Positions 56,251 to 64,000 of a stretch of 64,000 nucleotides of DNA are shown in pieces. Under the pieces are notes generated by a model. It was not told the origin of the DNA and searched no databases. It worked only from the letters and a program-made list of their open reading frames with translations. A program made the translations under genes and the position numbers. This DNA comes from a bacterium. GTDB taxonomy: Bacteria > UBA10199 > 2-02-FULL-44-16 > JAAZCA01. The number at the start of each line of letters is the position of its first letter. Position 1 is the stretch's first letter. The stretch covers positions 768,001-832,000 of the forward strand of contig CAXXGI010000001.1 in assembly GCA_963674695.2 (NCBI GenBank). Direction: 5' to 3'.

Positions 56251-56305
56251 ATCCAAATGTCGAATGTCGCTGTATTTGAATTTCGGATTTTGGATTTTTG
56301 ATTTG
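56250..56305. repeat. Short degenerate heptamer inverted repeat between gatB and mtnA
   Basis: aaatccaaatgtcgaat...tttgaatttcggattttggattt. Confidence 0.55.
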
Positions 56306-56320
56306 CGAACGAGGTGAGCT

Positions 56321-57361
56321 ATGGACATCATCAAAACCATCGAGTGGAAGGACGATCGCGTCGTCATGCTGGATCAGCGCAAACTGCCGCGCGAAGAGGT
56401 CTATAAAACCTATGAAGATTACCTGGGCGTGGCCAACGCGATCTCCAGCATGGTGATCCGCGGGGCCCCTGCCATCGGCGTGGCCGCAGCCATGGGCGTG
56501 GCACTCGGAGCCATGGGCATCGGCGTCGAAGATTTCGATTCCTACTATGCCAAGCTCGAAGGAATCTGTGATCGCCTGGCGCAGACACGACCGACGGCGG
56601 TCAACCTCTTCTGGGCGCTCGAGCGCATGAAGCGCTGCGCGCTCGCGCAGAAGGACCAGCCGATGTCGGAGATCACCGCTGCGCTCAAGCAGGAGGCGCT
56701 GACCATCTATGCCGAGGACATCGAATCGAATCGCCGCATTGGCCGCAACGGGGAGAAGCTCTTAAACGATGGCATGACGGTGCTCACCCACTGCAACGCC
56801 GGCGCCTTGGCCACCGCCGGCTACGGCACGGCACTGGGCGTCATCTATTCCGCCTCCGATGCGGGCAAACGCATCCACGTCATCGCCGATGAAACCCGCC
56901 CGCGCCTGCAAGGCGCACAGCTCACCGCGTGGGAGCTGCAGAAGCACGGCCTGGAGGTCACCGTCATCAGCGACACCATGGCCGGATCGCTCATGGCAAA
57001 GGGAATGATCGACGCCTGCATCGTCGGCGCCGATCGCATCGCCGCCAACGGGGATGTTGCCAACAAGATCGGCACCTATCAGGTCGCGGTCTTGGCGGGG
57101 CGACACCGCATTCCCTTCTATGTCGCCGCACCCCTGTCCACGATCGATCCGAAGATCGCTTCGGGCGAGGAGATTCCAATCGAGGAACGCGATCCACGCG
57201 AGGTCACCCACATCGGTCAGCTGCAGGTAACCCCCGACCACGTCAAGATCATCAACCCCGCCTTCGACGTCACGCCCGCCGAACTCGTCACCGCCATCAT
57301 CACGGAACGCGGCATCATCGAGGCACCCTATACGAAATCGATCGCGACACTCTTTGAATGA
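56321..57361 (+). CDS. mtnA: Methylthioribose-1-phosphate isomerase
   Basis: [57 protein letters not shown]. Confidence 0.96.
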   Translation: MDIIKTIEWKDDRVVMLDQRKLPREEVYKTYEDYLGVANAISSMVIRGAPAIGVAAAMGVALGAMGIGVEDFDSYYAKLEGICDRLAQTRPTAVNLFWALERMKRCALAQKDQPMSEITAALKQEALTIYAEDIESNRRIGRNGEKLLNDGMTVLTHCNAGALATAGYGTALGVIYSASDAGKRIHVIADETRPRLQGAQLTAWELQKHGLEVTVISDTMAGSLMAKGMIDACIVGADRIAANGDVANKIGTYQVAVLAGRHRIPFYVAAPLSTIDPKIASGEEIPIEERDPREVTHIGQLQVTPDHVKIINPAFDVTPAELVTAIITERGIIEAPYTKSIATLFE

Positions 57362-57365
57362 CGAA

Positions 57366-57389
57366 AGGGCCGATCCGTCGATCGGCCCT
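57366..57389. terminator. Hairpin between convergent genes
   Basis: agggccgatc-cgtc-gatcggccct, perfect 10-bp stem. Confidence 0.55.
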
Positions 57390-57429
57390 CCGGAAAAGGA
57401 GAGGAACTCCACCAAGTCCCTCGAAGAGT

Positions 57430-57690
57430 TTAGTTGAGTGACTCCTTCTGCATAACCTCATATAAAACATTGCGCGGCTTGACCCCCGTGACCACCTTCA
57501 CTGGCTCTGTATCGCTCGGCGTATTGAGGATGTGATAGAGGGGCGAGTTGCGACGCGCTCGATGAGGGATGTAGATACCGCCGCAGGAGAGCACCGTCGG
57601 GTTGCGCTTGGCTCCCTCGGGGGGATCCTCGCGATAGATCTGCCGGATGATGACTTCACTCAGTGTTTTCTGCGATTGTCCCATAACCAC
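57430..57690 (-). CDS. Small hypothetical protein
   Basis: 86-aa ORF, RBS aaggagg/ggaagg, perfect sigma54 promoter directly upstream. Confidence 0.6.
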   Translation of the reverse strand: MVMGQSQKTLSEVIIRQIYREDPPEGAKRNPTVLSCGGIYIPHRARRNSPLYHILNTPSDTEPVKVVTGVKPRNVLYEVMQKESLN

Positions 57691-57711
57691 CGCCTTCCAC
57701 CCTCCTTCTAA

Positions 57712-57727
57712 AGCAAGGAGCGTGCCA
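57712..57727 (-). promoter_or_regulatory. Sigma54 -24/-12 promoter
   Basis: Minus strand TGGCACGCTCCTTGCT, perfect consensus. Confidence 0.8.
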
Positions 57728-57871
57728 GCAGGGCACCCGGACGAGAATCGAGGTAATAGCTTGAATTATTGAGGAATTAACGAGGTTCCAATTCTATCAG
57801 AGGACCGCCAGACCGCCAACTTTGACCCAGAGTGTCAAAAAAAGCGACAACCGCCCTGAGGATCAAAATCA

Positions 57872-59704
57872 TCATGATGTCATCGTCTGAGCCCACTCAT
57901 GGATGCGAATGGCGAGATCCTTTGAGATACCGGGAACGGCAACGATTTCTTCGACCGTTGCGCACCGCACGCCGTCGAGTCCGCCGAACCGATCCAGCAA
58001 TACCTTGCGCCGCTTTGGCCCCAGGCCGGGAATGACATCGAGTGGAGAGGCGATTGCCTGTTTGCCATGACGGCGGCGGTGCGCGGTGATGCCGAAACGA
58101 TGGGCTTCATCGCGCACGCGCATGAGAAAGAGGAGTTCCTTGGAACCGCGTTTGAAGTTGAGGGGATTTTTGCGCCCCGGGATGAAGATGCGGTCGGCGT
58201 GTCCCTTCTTCTCGCCCTTGGCGATCGCCGCCGTCGGAATCTCGAGCGAGAGTTCCTCCAGGACGCGCTGCGCAACGGCGAGCTGGCCCTTGCCGCCATC
58301 GACGAGAAGAAGGTCAGGTAGCGGACGATCGATGGCAGTGCCGGAACGCTCAGGCGCGCGATCCTCGGCGGCAAATCTGCGCATGAGGACTTCATGCATC
58401 ATGCCGTAATCGTCGGGCGTGGAGATCGTCTGGATATTATAGATGCGATACCCCTTCTTGTCCGGCTCGCCGTCGAGAAAGCTTACGAGCGAACCGACCG
58501 CCTCAAGGCCCTGCAAATTGGAGATGTCGAGGCACTCGATACGGCTCGGCGCCGATGAGAGCCCAAGTTTTCGTCCCACGCGGTCGAGCGTGTCCGACTC
58601 GTCGCGTCGTGCTGCCTGGGCGACGATCGCCTCGCGCGCATTGGTCAGCGCCAACTCCACGAGCCGCCTCTTCTCCCCTTTCTGGGGTACTGTCACCGAA
58701 ACCTTTGCACCGCGACGTTCGGAGAGAACCTGGGCGATGATCGCCTGTCCCTCGACGGAATGCGACAACAACAGCCGCGAGGGAATTCTCAGTTCCTCCC
58801 GATAGTGTTGCAGGAGAAACTCCTCCACGAGCTGTGCATCATCGCCGGCCATATTGCCGATAGGAAAAATCTGCCGCCCGATGAGCGTACCGGCACGCAC
58901 GCGCAAGACGCAGATCGCAGCGCGCTCCTTCACGTGTGCAAGAACAACCGCGTCCTGATCGCCTCCATGATGGCGCACGACCTTCTGCCCCTCGATGAGC
59001 CCCTTCAGGTGCGCAATCGCATCGCGCAGACGAGCCGCATCCTCATAGCGCTGCTCCTCCGAGACCTGTTTCATCTGTCGTTCTAAACGGCGAATGAGTT
59101 CACGACTGTGCCCCTGCAGAAAGAACTCGGCATCGGCGACCTGTTCGGCATAGAGCTCGCGCGAAATCTTTCCCACACACGGCGCTGTGCATCGGCCGAT
59201 GTCGTACTTGAGACAGGGGCGCACACGGTTGGCAAACTCTCGATCGGTGCAGGTGCGCACCTGCAAAAACCTTGTGATCACATCGATCGCCTCCCGCGCG
59301 GCGAGCCCCGAGTCGTATGGGCCGAAATAGCGCGCGCCATCCTTGCGCACGTGCCGGGTGAGCATGATGCCGGGGCTTTCGTGGTCGTATCCGATGCGGA
59401 TGGAGATATAGCTCTTGTCGTCGCGCAGGTGGATGTTGTAGCGCGGGCGATGTTCTTTGATCAGCGTGTTCTCGAGGAGCAGCGCCTCTTTTTCGGTATC
59501 GGTGACGATGAAGGCGATGTCCGCCGTCCGACGAAGGAGAAACTGCACCTGGGGACGTTCGTCGCGACCGGGCACGAAATAGCTGCGCACGCGATCGCGA
59601 AGCCGCTTGGCCTTGCCGACATAGAGTACGGCCCCCTTGGCATCCTTGAAGAGATAGACGCCCGGCTTTCGAGGAAAGGAACGAACTGTATCGGCAAGCG
59701 ACAT
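57872..59704 (-). CDS. uvrC: Excinuclease ABC subunit C
   Basis: PGVYLFKD, YVGKAK, EALLLENTLIK, IECLDIS, PDLLLVDGGKGQL, RDEAHRF, HhH motifs. Confidence 0.97.
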   Translation of the reverse strand: MSLADTVRSFPRKPGVYLFKDAKGAVLYVGKAKRLRDRVRSYFVPGRDERPQVQFLLRRTADIAFIVTDTEKEALLLENTLIKEHRPRYNIHLRDDKSYISIRIGYDHESPGIMLTRHVRKDGARYFGPYDSGLAAREAIDVITRFLQVRTCTDREFANRVRPCLKYDIGRCTAPCVGKISRELYAEQVADAEFFLQGHSRELIRRLERQMKQVSEEQRYEDAARLRDAIAHLKGLIEGQKVVRHHGGDQDAVVLAHVKERAAICVLRVRAGTLIGRQIFPIGNMAGDDAQLVEEFLLQHYREELRIPSRLLLSHSVEGQAIIAQVLSERRGAKVSVTVPQKGEKRRLVELALTNAREAIVAQAARRDESDTLDRVGRKLGLSSAPSRIECLDISNLQGLEAVGSLVSFLDGEPDKKGYRIYNIQTISTPDDYGMMHEVLMRRFAAEDRAPERSGTAIDRPLPDLLLVDGGKGQLAVAQRVLEELSLEIPTAAIAKGEKKGHADRIFIPGRKNPLNFKRGSKELLFLMRVRDEAHRFGITAHRRRHGKQAIASPLDVIPGLGPKRRKVLLDRFGGLDGVRCATVEEIVAVPGISKDLAIRIHEWAQTMTS

Positions 59705-59743
59705 AGGTGGCGTTGAGCATAGCGCAAAGGACTGATTCAACTC

Positions 59744-59777
59744 AAAAGAAAACGCGGCTCCCTTAAGGAAGCCGCGT
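59744..59777 (-). terminator. Intrinsic terminator downstream of the porin gene
   Basis: acgcggct...agccgcgt stem with an A-rich tract on the left (U-tract on the minus strand). Confidence 0.55.
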
Positions 59778-59790
59778 GAGAATCATGACA

Positions 59791-59870
59791 CCCCTCCTTT
59801 GTAAGGAGGGGACGGTGGAGAGAGATCGTGTCTCTACCCCACCCTAACCCTCCCCTTACAAAGGGGAGGG
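59791..59870. repeat. REP-like doublet CCCCTCC...GGAGGGG
   Basis: cccctcctttgtaaggagggg and inverted ccctccccttacaaaggggaggg. Confidence 0.75.
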
Positions 59871-59877
59871 AAGACAC

Positions 59878-61098
59878 CTAGAAGATCGCTGAGGCCATCA
59901 GTGCCAGCATGTGCTTGTGATTGTTCGTCGTGCCGAAGATATCGTCGTAGTCGGTGGTAAAGGTATAGTCGAGCTGCAGCTTCATGTTGTTGCCGAAGAT
60001 ATAATAGTTGAGTCCCCCGCCGAACTGCCAGGCATCGTTGTCCGGACCCTGGCGAATGACCTGCCCCGCCTGTGCCGCGATCTCGAACTTCTTCGGAATG
60101 ATGTAGTAGCCCGCCGCCGCATAGTAGCCGATGTCGGTGAGTTTGCGGCGCTGTTCGATGAAGAAGGTCGGAATCTGCCGCCACTTGGTCCAGCGATAAT
60201 AGCCCTCAGTCGTGAAGGCAAACCCGGCCCAGCGCAGAGCCACGCCCAGGCTCGACGTCCACTGATAGTCAACCTGGAGGTTCTCGGTGAGCGTGATGCC
60301 GCCGATGGTCTGGTCGAAGGTTTCAGGCGCCTTGCGATTCTGATAATCCGATCCGATGCTGATGGTGAGCTGTGGCGTCGTGGAACAGGCGAAGTCGGTC
60401 ATGCTCCCCGGAACGGCACCGAGGATATTGACGCCCGTGCGCATGCCGAAGGAAAAGCGCTTGTTGTTGTTGATCGTATAGTCGTCTTCGGTCGCGTTGA
60501 CGATACCCACATCGTAGAACCACTTCCAGTAGCCGCCGTACATCCGAAGGCCAAGACCGGCAGGTGCACCGAATTCGGGACGCGACGGCGACTGGACGAT
60601 CTGCCCCGTCGTCGCATCGACGAGTTCACCCCCGTCGACCTGACGCGACGTGATGGGAGCTTCGTTCAGCAAGAACCACTTCGAACTCGTGTTCCCCATC
60701 AGATCGAGCGGCAGACCCACCATGCCGACCTCGACGGTGAACTCCGGAATGATATCGATCGCCGCCGTCGCCCCAACCACCTGAACGGTCTGGAACTGCG
60801 TCTCACCGACGGTGCTCGTGGCGTGCATGAGGGCAAACCCCACATGGCCGATCTCATGAATCGTCGCGCTCATACCGAGCAACGCACGCCGCAGCTGGAA
60901 GGAGATGCGATCCTTCGGATCGTTCACCGGGTTGCGCTCCCAGAAAACTTTTGTCTGGACGCGACCGCCCATCTTGAGTTTGAAGGTCTTCTCGTCGTTC
61001 TGCATGAAAAAACCGCCATCGTATCCGGCCTCGGCATGGACCAGCGTCGGCATGACGCAGAAGGCCAGCAACGCGACGATCATCAGAAAACGTTTCAT
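59878..61098 (-). CDS. Outer-membrane porin (OprO/OprP-like)
   Basis: Signal peptide ending VHA, GYDGGFF, FQLRRA, GLNYYIFGNNMKLQLDY, terminal Phe. Confidence 0.8.
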   Translation of the reverse strand: MKRFLMIVALLAFCVMPTLVHAEAGYDGGFFMQNDEKTFKLKMGGRVQTKVFWERNPVNDPKDRISFQLRRALLGMSATIHEIGHVGFALMHATSTVGETQFQTVQVVGATAAIDIIPEFTVEVGMVGLPLDLMGNTSSKWFLLNEAPITSRQVDGGELVDATTGQIVQSPSRPEFGAPAGLGLRMYGGYWKWFYDVGIVNATEDDYTINNNKRFSFGMRTGVNILGAVPGSMTDFACSTTPQLTISIGSDYQNRKAPETFDQTIGGITLTENLQVDYQWTSSLGVALRWAGFAFTTEGYYRWTKWRQIPTFFIEQRRKLTDIGYYAAAGYYIIPKKFEIAAQAGQVIRQGPDNDAWQFGGGLNYYIFGNNMKLQLDYTFTTDYDDIFGTTNNHKHMLALMASAIF

Positions 61099-61232
61099 GA
61101 ACGAGTCTCCTTTCGCTCCGCAAAAAAACATACCGCAAGGAATGCTGATGTTTATCCGACTCTTCAGCGTTTTGTCAACGATATCAAACAACTCGTTAGA
61201 GTCTGTCGGGAAATGCTGATTTTGCCGATTTT

Positions 61233-61355
61233 TGTCATTCCCGCCCCCGATTAAATCACTCGAGGGTAAACTCCGGCGGGAATCTCGATTGACCCCTCAT
61301 AAGCGAGATTCCCGCTGGAGCCTGTCCTGAGCGTAGCCGAAGGGCGGGAATGACA
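61233..61355. repeat. REP-like TGTCAT...ATGACA palindromic element
   Basis: tgtcattcccgc...gcgggaatctc...gagattcccgc...gagcctgtcctgagc...cgaagggcgggaatgaca. Confidence 0.8.
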
Positions 61356-61387
61356 CCTTACCAAATGAGGACACGCCCTCGTTAGAA

Positions 61388-62743
61388 TCATTCGGCATCC
61401 AACGCCAGCGTCACGCTTCCCGCTTCATTGGCAAACGTGTAGCTCCCCGCCCCAAGCCCCGCGCTGGTGAGCCCTGCGCTCTGCCCCAGGATCTCGGGCG
61501 TCGCCGTCATCGGGGCCGGACAGGTCAGTCCATCCGTGCGATTGACGAGTCGGATGAGGACCGTATCCCACCCGAAGAGCTCCTGTTGGCCGGTCACGGT
61601 GGCCAGCCCCGCGGTGAGCCCCGCATAGGTCCCAGGGGCATCCACACCGCCAAGCCCCTGATTCGCACCGGCGCAGGCGATGGCGTAGTTGCCCTCCACG
61701 TCGGTCACCTGCAGCTCCATGGTGGGGGCGGCCTCCGGCGTGAGCGTGTAGGACAGATCCGTGGCGATGAGATCGATGAGCTCTTCGAGGCGCACGACCG
61801 AAGCGGAGAACGGCGTCGGCATCACGCTGCGAAAGGTGACATACCCCTTTCCGTTGGTGAAGAGCGCCTTCTCGCCGATGAGTTCACCGATGGTGGCCAC
61901 ATCGGTCTGGCCCACGAGCGCTGGACCGGAATCGCGCTGAACATAGAGCGAGACGCGCACGGCCGTGTCGTCAAAGCCGGCATCCGCCGCATCGAACCCC
62001 GGCACGGTGAAGCCGAGCGCCGCATAGATGAGCTCACCATACTGAATGGCAGCCATGTCATCGTCACTCACCTGACTCTCGTAGGTGGAGCTCCCGTTTT
62101 CGATGCGATCGACGAAGAGATAGTAGCGATTCGCCTGGCGTCCCTCAGAACCATTTTCAAAGAAGAGTTTATCGAGGAAAAACCCGCGTGCGAGCGACGG
62201 CGCCATGGAGCGCACCGTCACCGCATCGCTCGACTGCGCGCGCAGCACCGTGACGGCCCGGCCGTTGGTCGCCCAGATCGGCTGTTCGAGCAGCTCGTCA
62301 AAGGTGAGCTCAGCGCTGATGCCCGCGATGTCGTCCTCGTCCTCATCGATGGGTTCCGGGCAACCCTGGCTGTCCTGTTCGACGAAGAGGAGTTGAAAGC
62401 GAGCGAGCGATTCGGGGTGTTCTCCGTCGACGCTCTCGAAGGGGACGGAGAGCCCACCGTAGTAGATGGCGGGGATGGCCAGCTCCTCCATGCCGTTCTC
62501 TGCAGAGGTGCACGCCACGTCCTGGCCGGTCGCCGCATCGCGCAGGTAGAGCGAGAATTCCCCTTCGGAGGCATATTCATCATCGAGGCCGCCGTTGACG
62601 AAGAATTGGTCGATGACGAGCGCGCGCACCTCACTCAGCGAGAGGACCGGGCCCTCGATCGACGTGCTCCCACCGCTGCCGCAGGCGGCGAGAAAACAGA
62701 TGCTCGCCAGGATGAGAAGTGTGCGCATCGCATTGATTTTCAT
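61388..62743 (-). CDS. Acidic lipoprotein with three internal repeated domains
   Basis: Lipobox LAAC; repeats such as DVAC..AENGM...PAIYYGGL...GCPEP and AIAC..ANQGL...PGTYAGL...TCPAP. Confidence 0.75.
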   Translation of the reverse strand: MKINAMRTLLILASICFLAACGSGGSTSIEGPVLSLSEVRALVIDQFFVNGGLDDEYASEGEFSLYLRDAATGQDVACTSAENGMEELAIPAIYYGGLSVPFESVDGEHPESLARFQLLFVEQDSQGCPEPIDEDEDDIAGISAELTFDELLEQPIWATNGRAVTVLRAQSSDAVTVRSMAPSLARGFFLDKLFFENGSEGRQANRYYLFVDRIENGSSTYESQVSDDDMAAIQYGELIYAALGFTVPGFDAADAGFDDTAVRVSLYVQRDSGPALVGQTDVATIGELIGEKALFTNGKGYVTFRSVMPTPFSASVVRLEELIDLIATDLSYTLTPEAAPTMELQVTDVEGNYAIACAGANQGLGGVDAPGTYAGLTAGLATVTGQQELFGWDTVLIRLVNRTDGLTCPAPMTATPEILGQSAGLTSAGLGAGSYTFANEAGSVTLALDAE

Positions 62744-62812
62744 GGTGATTCCCTCCGAGATGAATGGCGGCATCATAGCATAAACCATGCATCGAGTCAT
62801 ACAGGTTTTCCC

Positions 62813-64000
62813 CTACACCCCGAGTTCCTTCCGCTCGAGGGCCAGGATGCGATCGCGCAGCTCGGCCGCACACTCGAAATCGAGCTTCTTGGCAGCCGCG
62901 AGCATCTCGCGGCGGAGTTTGGCAATGTGCTTCGCGCGCTTGGACGGCGCGACCTCATCCTCCTCGATCGTCACGGTCGGATAGTCCTGTTCGTAGATCG
63001 AGTGCATCACGTCGCTGATCTTCTTTTTGATCGTCGTGGGCGTGATGCCGTGCGCCTTGTTGTAGGCTGCCTGTTTCTCGCGACGCCGAAGCGTCTCATC
63101 GATGGCGCGCCGCATCGAGTTGGTCATCTTGTCGCCATAGAGGATGACGCGCCCGGAGACGTTGCGCGCCGCACGCCCGAAGGTCTGGATGAGCGAACGC
63201 GCCGAGCGCAGAAACCCCTCGCGATCGGCGTCGAGAATCGCCACGAGCGATACCTCGGGGAGGTCGAGCCCCTCGCGCAGCAGGTTGATACCGACGAGCA
63301 CGTCGAAATCGCCGCGTCGCAGGGCGCGCAGGATCTCCATCCGTTCGAGCGAATCGATGTCGGAATGGAGGTAACGCACGCGCACCCCCTGTTCGCGAAA
63401 GTAATCGGAGAGCTGTTCGGACATCCGCTTGGTCAGCGTCGTGACGAGCACGCGCTCGCCGGCGGCGACGACCTTTCGAATCTCGCCCAGGAGGTCGTCG
63501 ACCTGGCCCGTCGTGGGCCGCACCTCCGGCTTCGGATCCATGAGCCCCGTGGGGCGCACGATCTGCTCGGCGATCTGATCGCCCGCCTTTTGAAGTTCGT
63601 AATCAGCGGGGGTGGCCGAACAGTAGACCACCTGCCCGACCATCTGATCGAACTCCTCGAAGCGCAGCGGCCGGTTGTCCATCGCCGAGGGAAGGCGAAA
63701 CCCATATTCGACGAGCGTGGTCTTGCGCGAACGATCGCCGCTGTACATGCCGCCGATCTGCGGCACCGTGATGTGGCTCTCATCGATCACGAGCAGAAAG
63801 TCCTTTGGGAAATATTCCAGGAGTGTGGGCGGAGGCGTTCCCGGCTCGCGCCCCGTGAGATAGCGCGAATAGTTCTCGATCCCCTTGCAGAACCCCATCT
63901 CCTCCATCATCTCGAGGTCGAATTTCGTGCGCTGCTCGATGCGCGCGCGCTCCAGCGGCTGATTCTGCTCATAATAATGTTGCATCCGCGCCTCGAGCTC
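62813..64000 (-). CDS. uvrB: Excinuclease ABC subunit B (5' part outside window)
   Basis: [59 protein letters not shown] domain. Confidence 0.97.
   Translation of the reverse strand, partial: ELEARMQHYYEQNQPLERARIEQRTKFDLEMMEEMGFCKGIENYSRYLTGREPGTPPPTLLEYFPKDFLLVIDESHITVPQIGGMYSGDRSRKTTLVEYGFRLPSAMDNRPLRFEEFDQMVGQVVYCSATPADYELQKAGDQIAEQIVRPTGLMDPKPEVRPTTGQVDDLLGEIRKVVAAGERVLVTTLTKRMSEQLSDYFREQGVRVRYLHSDIDSLERMEILRALRRGDFDVLVGINLLREGLDLPEVSLVAILDADREGFLRSARSLIQTFGRAARNVSGRVILYGDKMTNSMRRAIDETLRRREKQAAYNKAHGITPTTIKKKISDVMHSIYEQDYPTVTIEEDEVAPSKRAKHIAKLRREMLAAAKKLDFECAAELRDRILALERKELGV

Noticed and set aside
1-64000. tRNA, rRNA, prophage, transposase or integrase genes
   Set aside because: No such sequences or motifs were recognised on either strand.

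Overview
High-GC (roughly 60% by eye) bacterial chromosome segment. The gene content (sigma54 activator, pilD plus the conserved small HTH, ExeA/TPR genes, gatCAB-mtnA, aspS-hisS, uvrB/uvrC) suggests a deltaproteobacterial (Myxococcota/Bdellovibrionota-like) organism. About 55 CDSs are supported; no rRNA, tRNA, CRISPR array, integrase or transposase was seen. Signals not explained by standard annotation: (1) the last 38 bp of a SleB-like lipoprotein gene recur twice downstream as direct repeats (44326, 45429, 46739), differing from the gene copy at synonymous positions and delimiting about 1.1-1.3 kb cassettes (a nucleotidyltransferase TA-like pair, then two paralogous orphan membrane proteins), i.e. 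an att-like cassette array; (2) a shared promoter-like motif (C/A)(A/G)AC-N14-(G/T)(C/G)CGA(T/A), sigma28-like with an unusual -35, precedes six scattered orphan genes lacking signal peptides (a possible effector regulon), and a seventh copy has no ORF; (3) a three-member orphan family with a swapped hydrophobic hairpin; (4) a tightly coupled operon joining a hydrogenase-less Bfu/Nfn-type electron-bifurcating enzyme to two six-hairpin-like exported enzymes and two P-loop paralogs; (5) four near-consensus sigma54 promoters each driving a small orphan gene; (6) several palindromic/MITE-like and inverted short-tandem-repeat element families, one inserted in frame into a signal peptide. All functional calls come from motif recognition by eye; no database searches were run.
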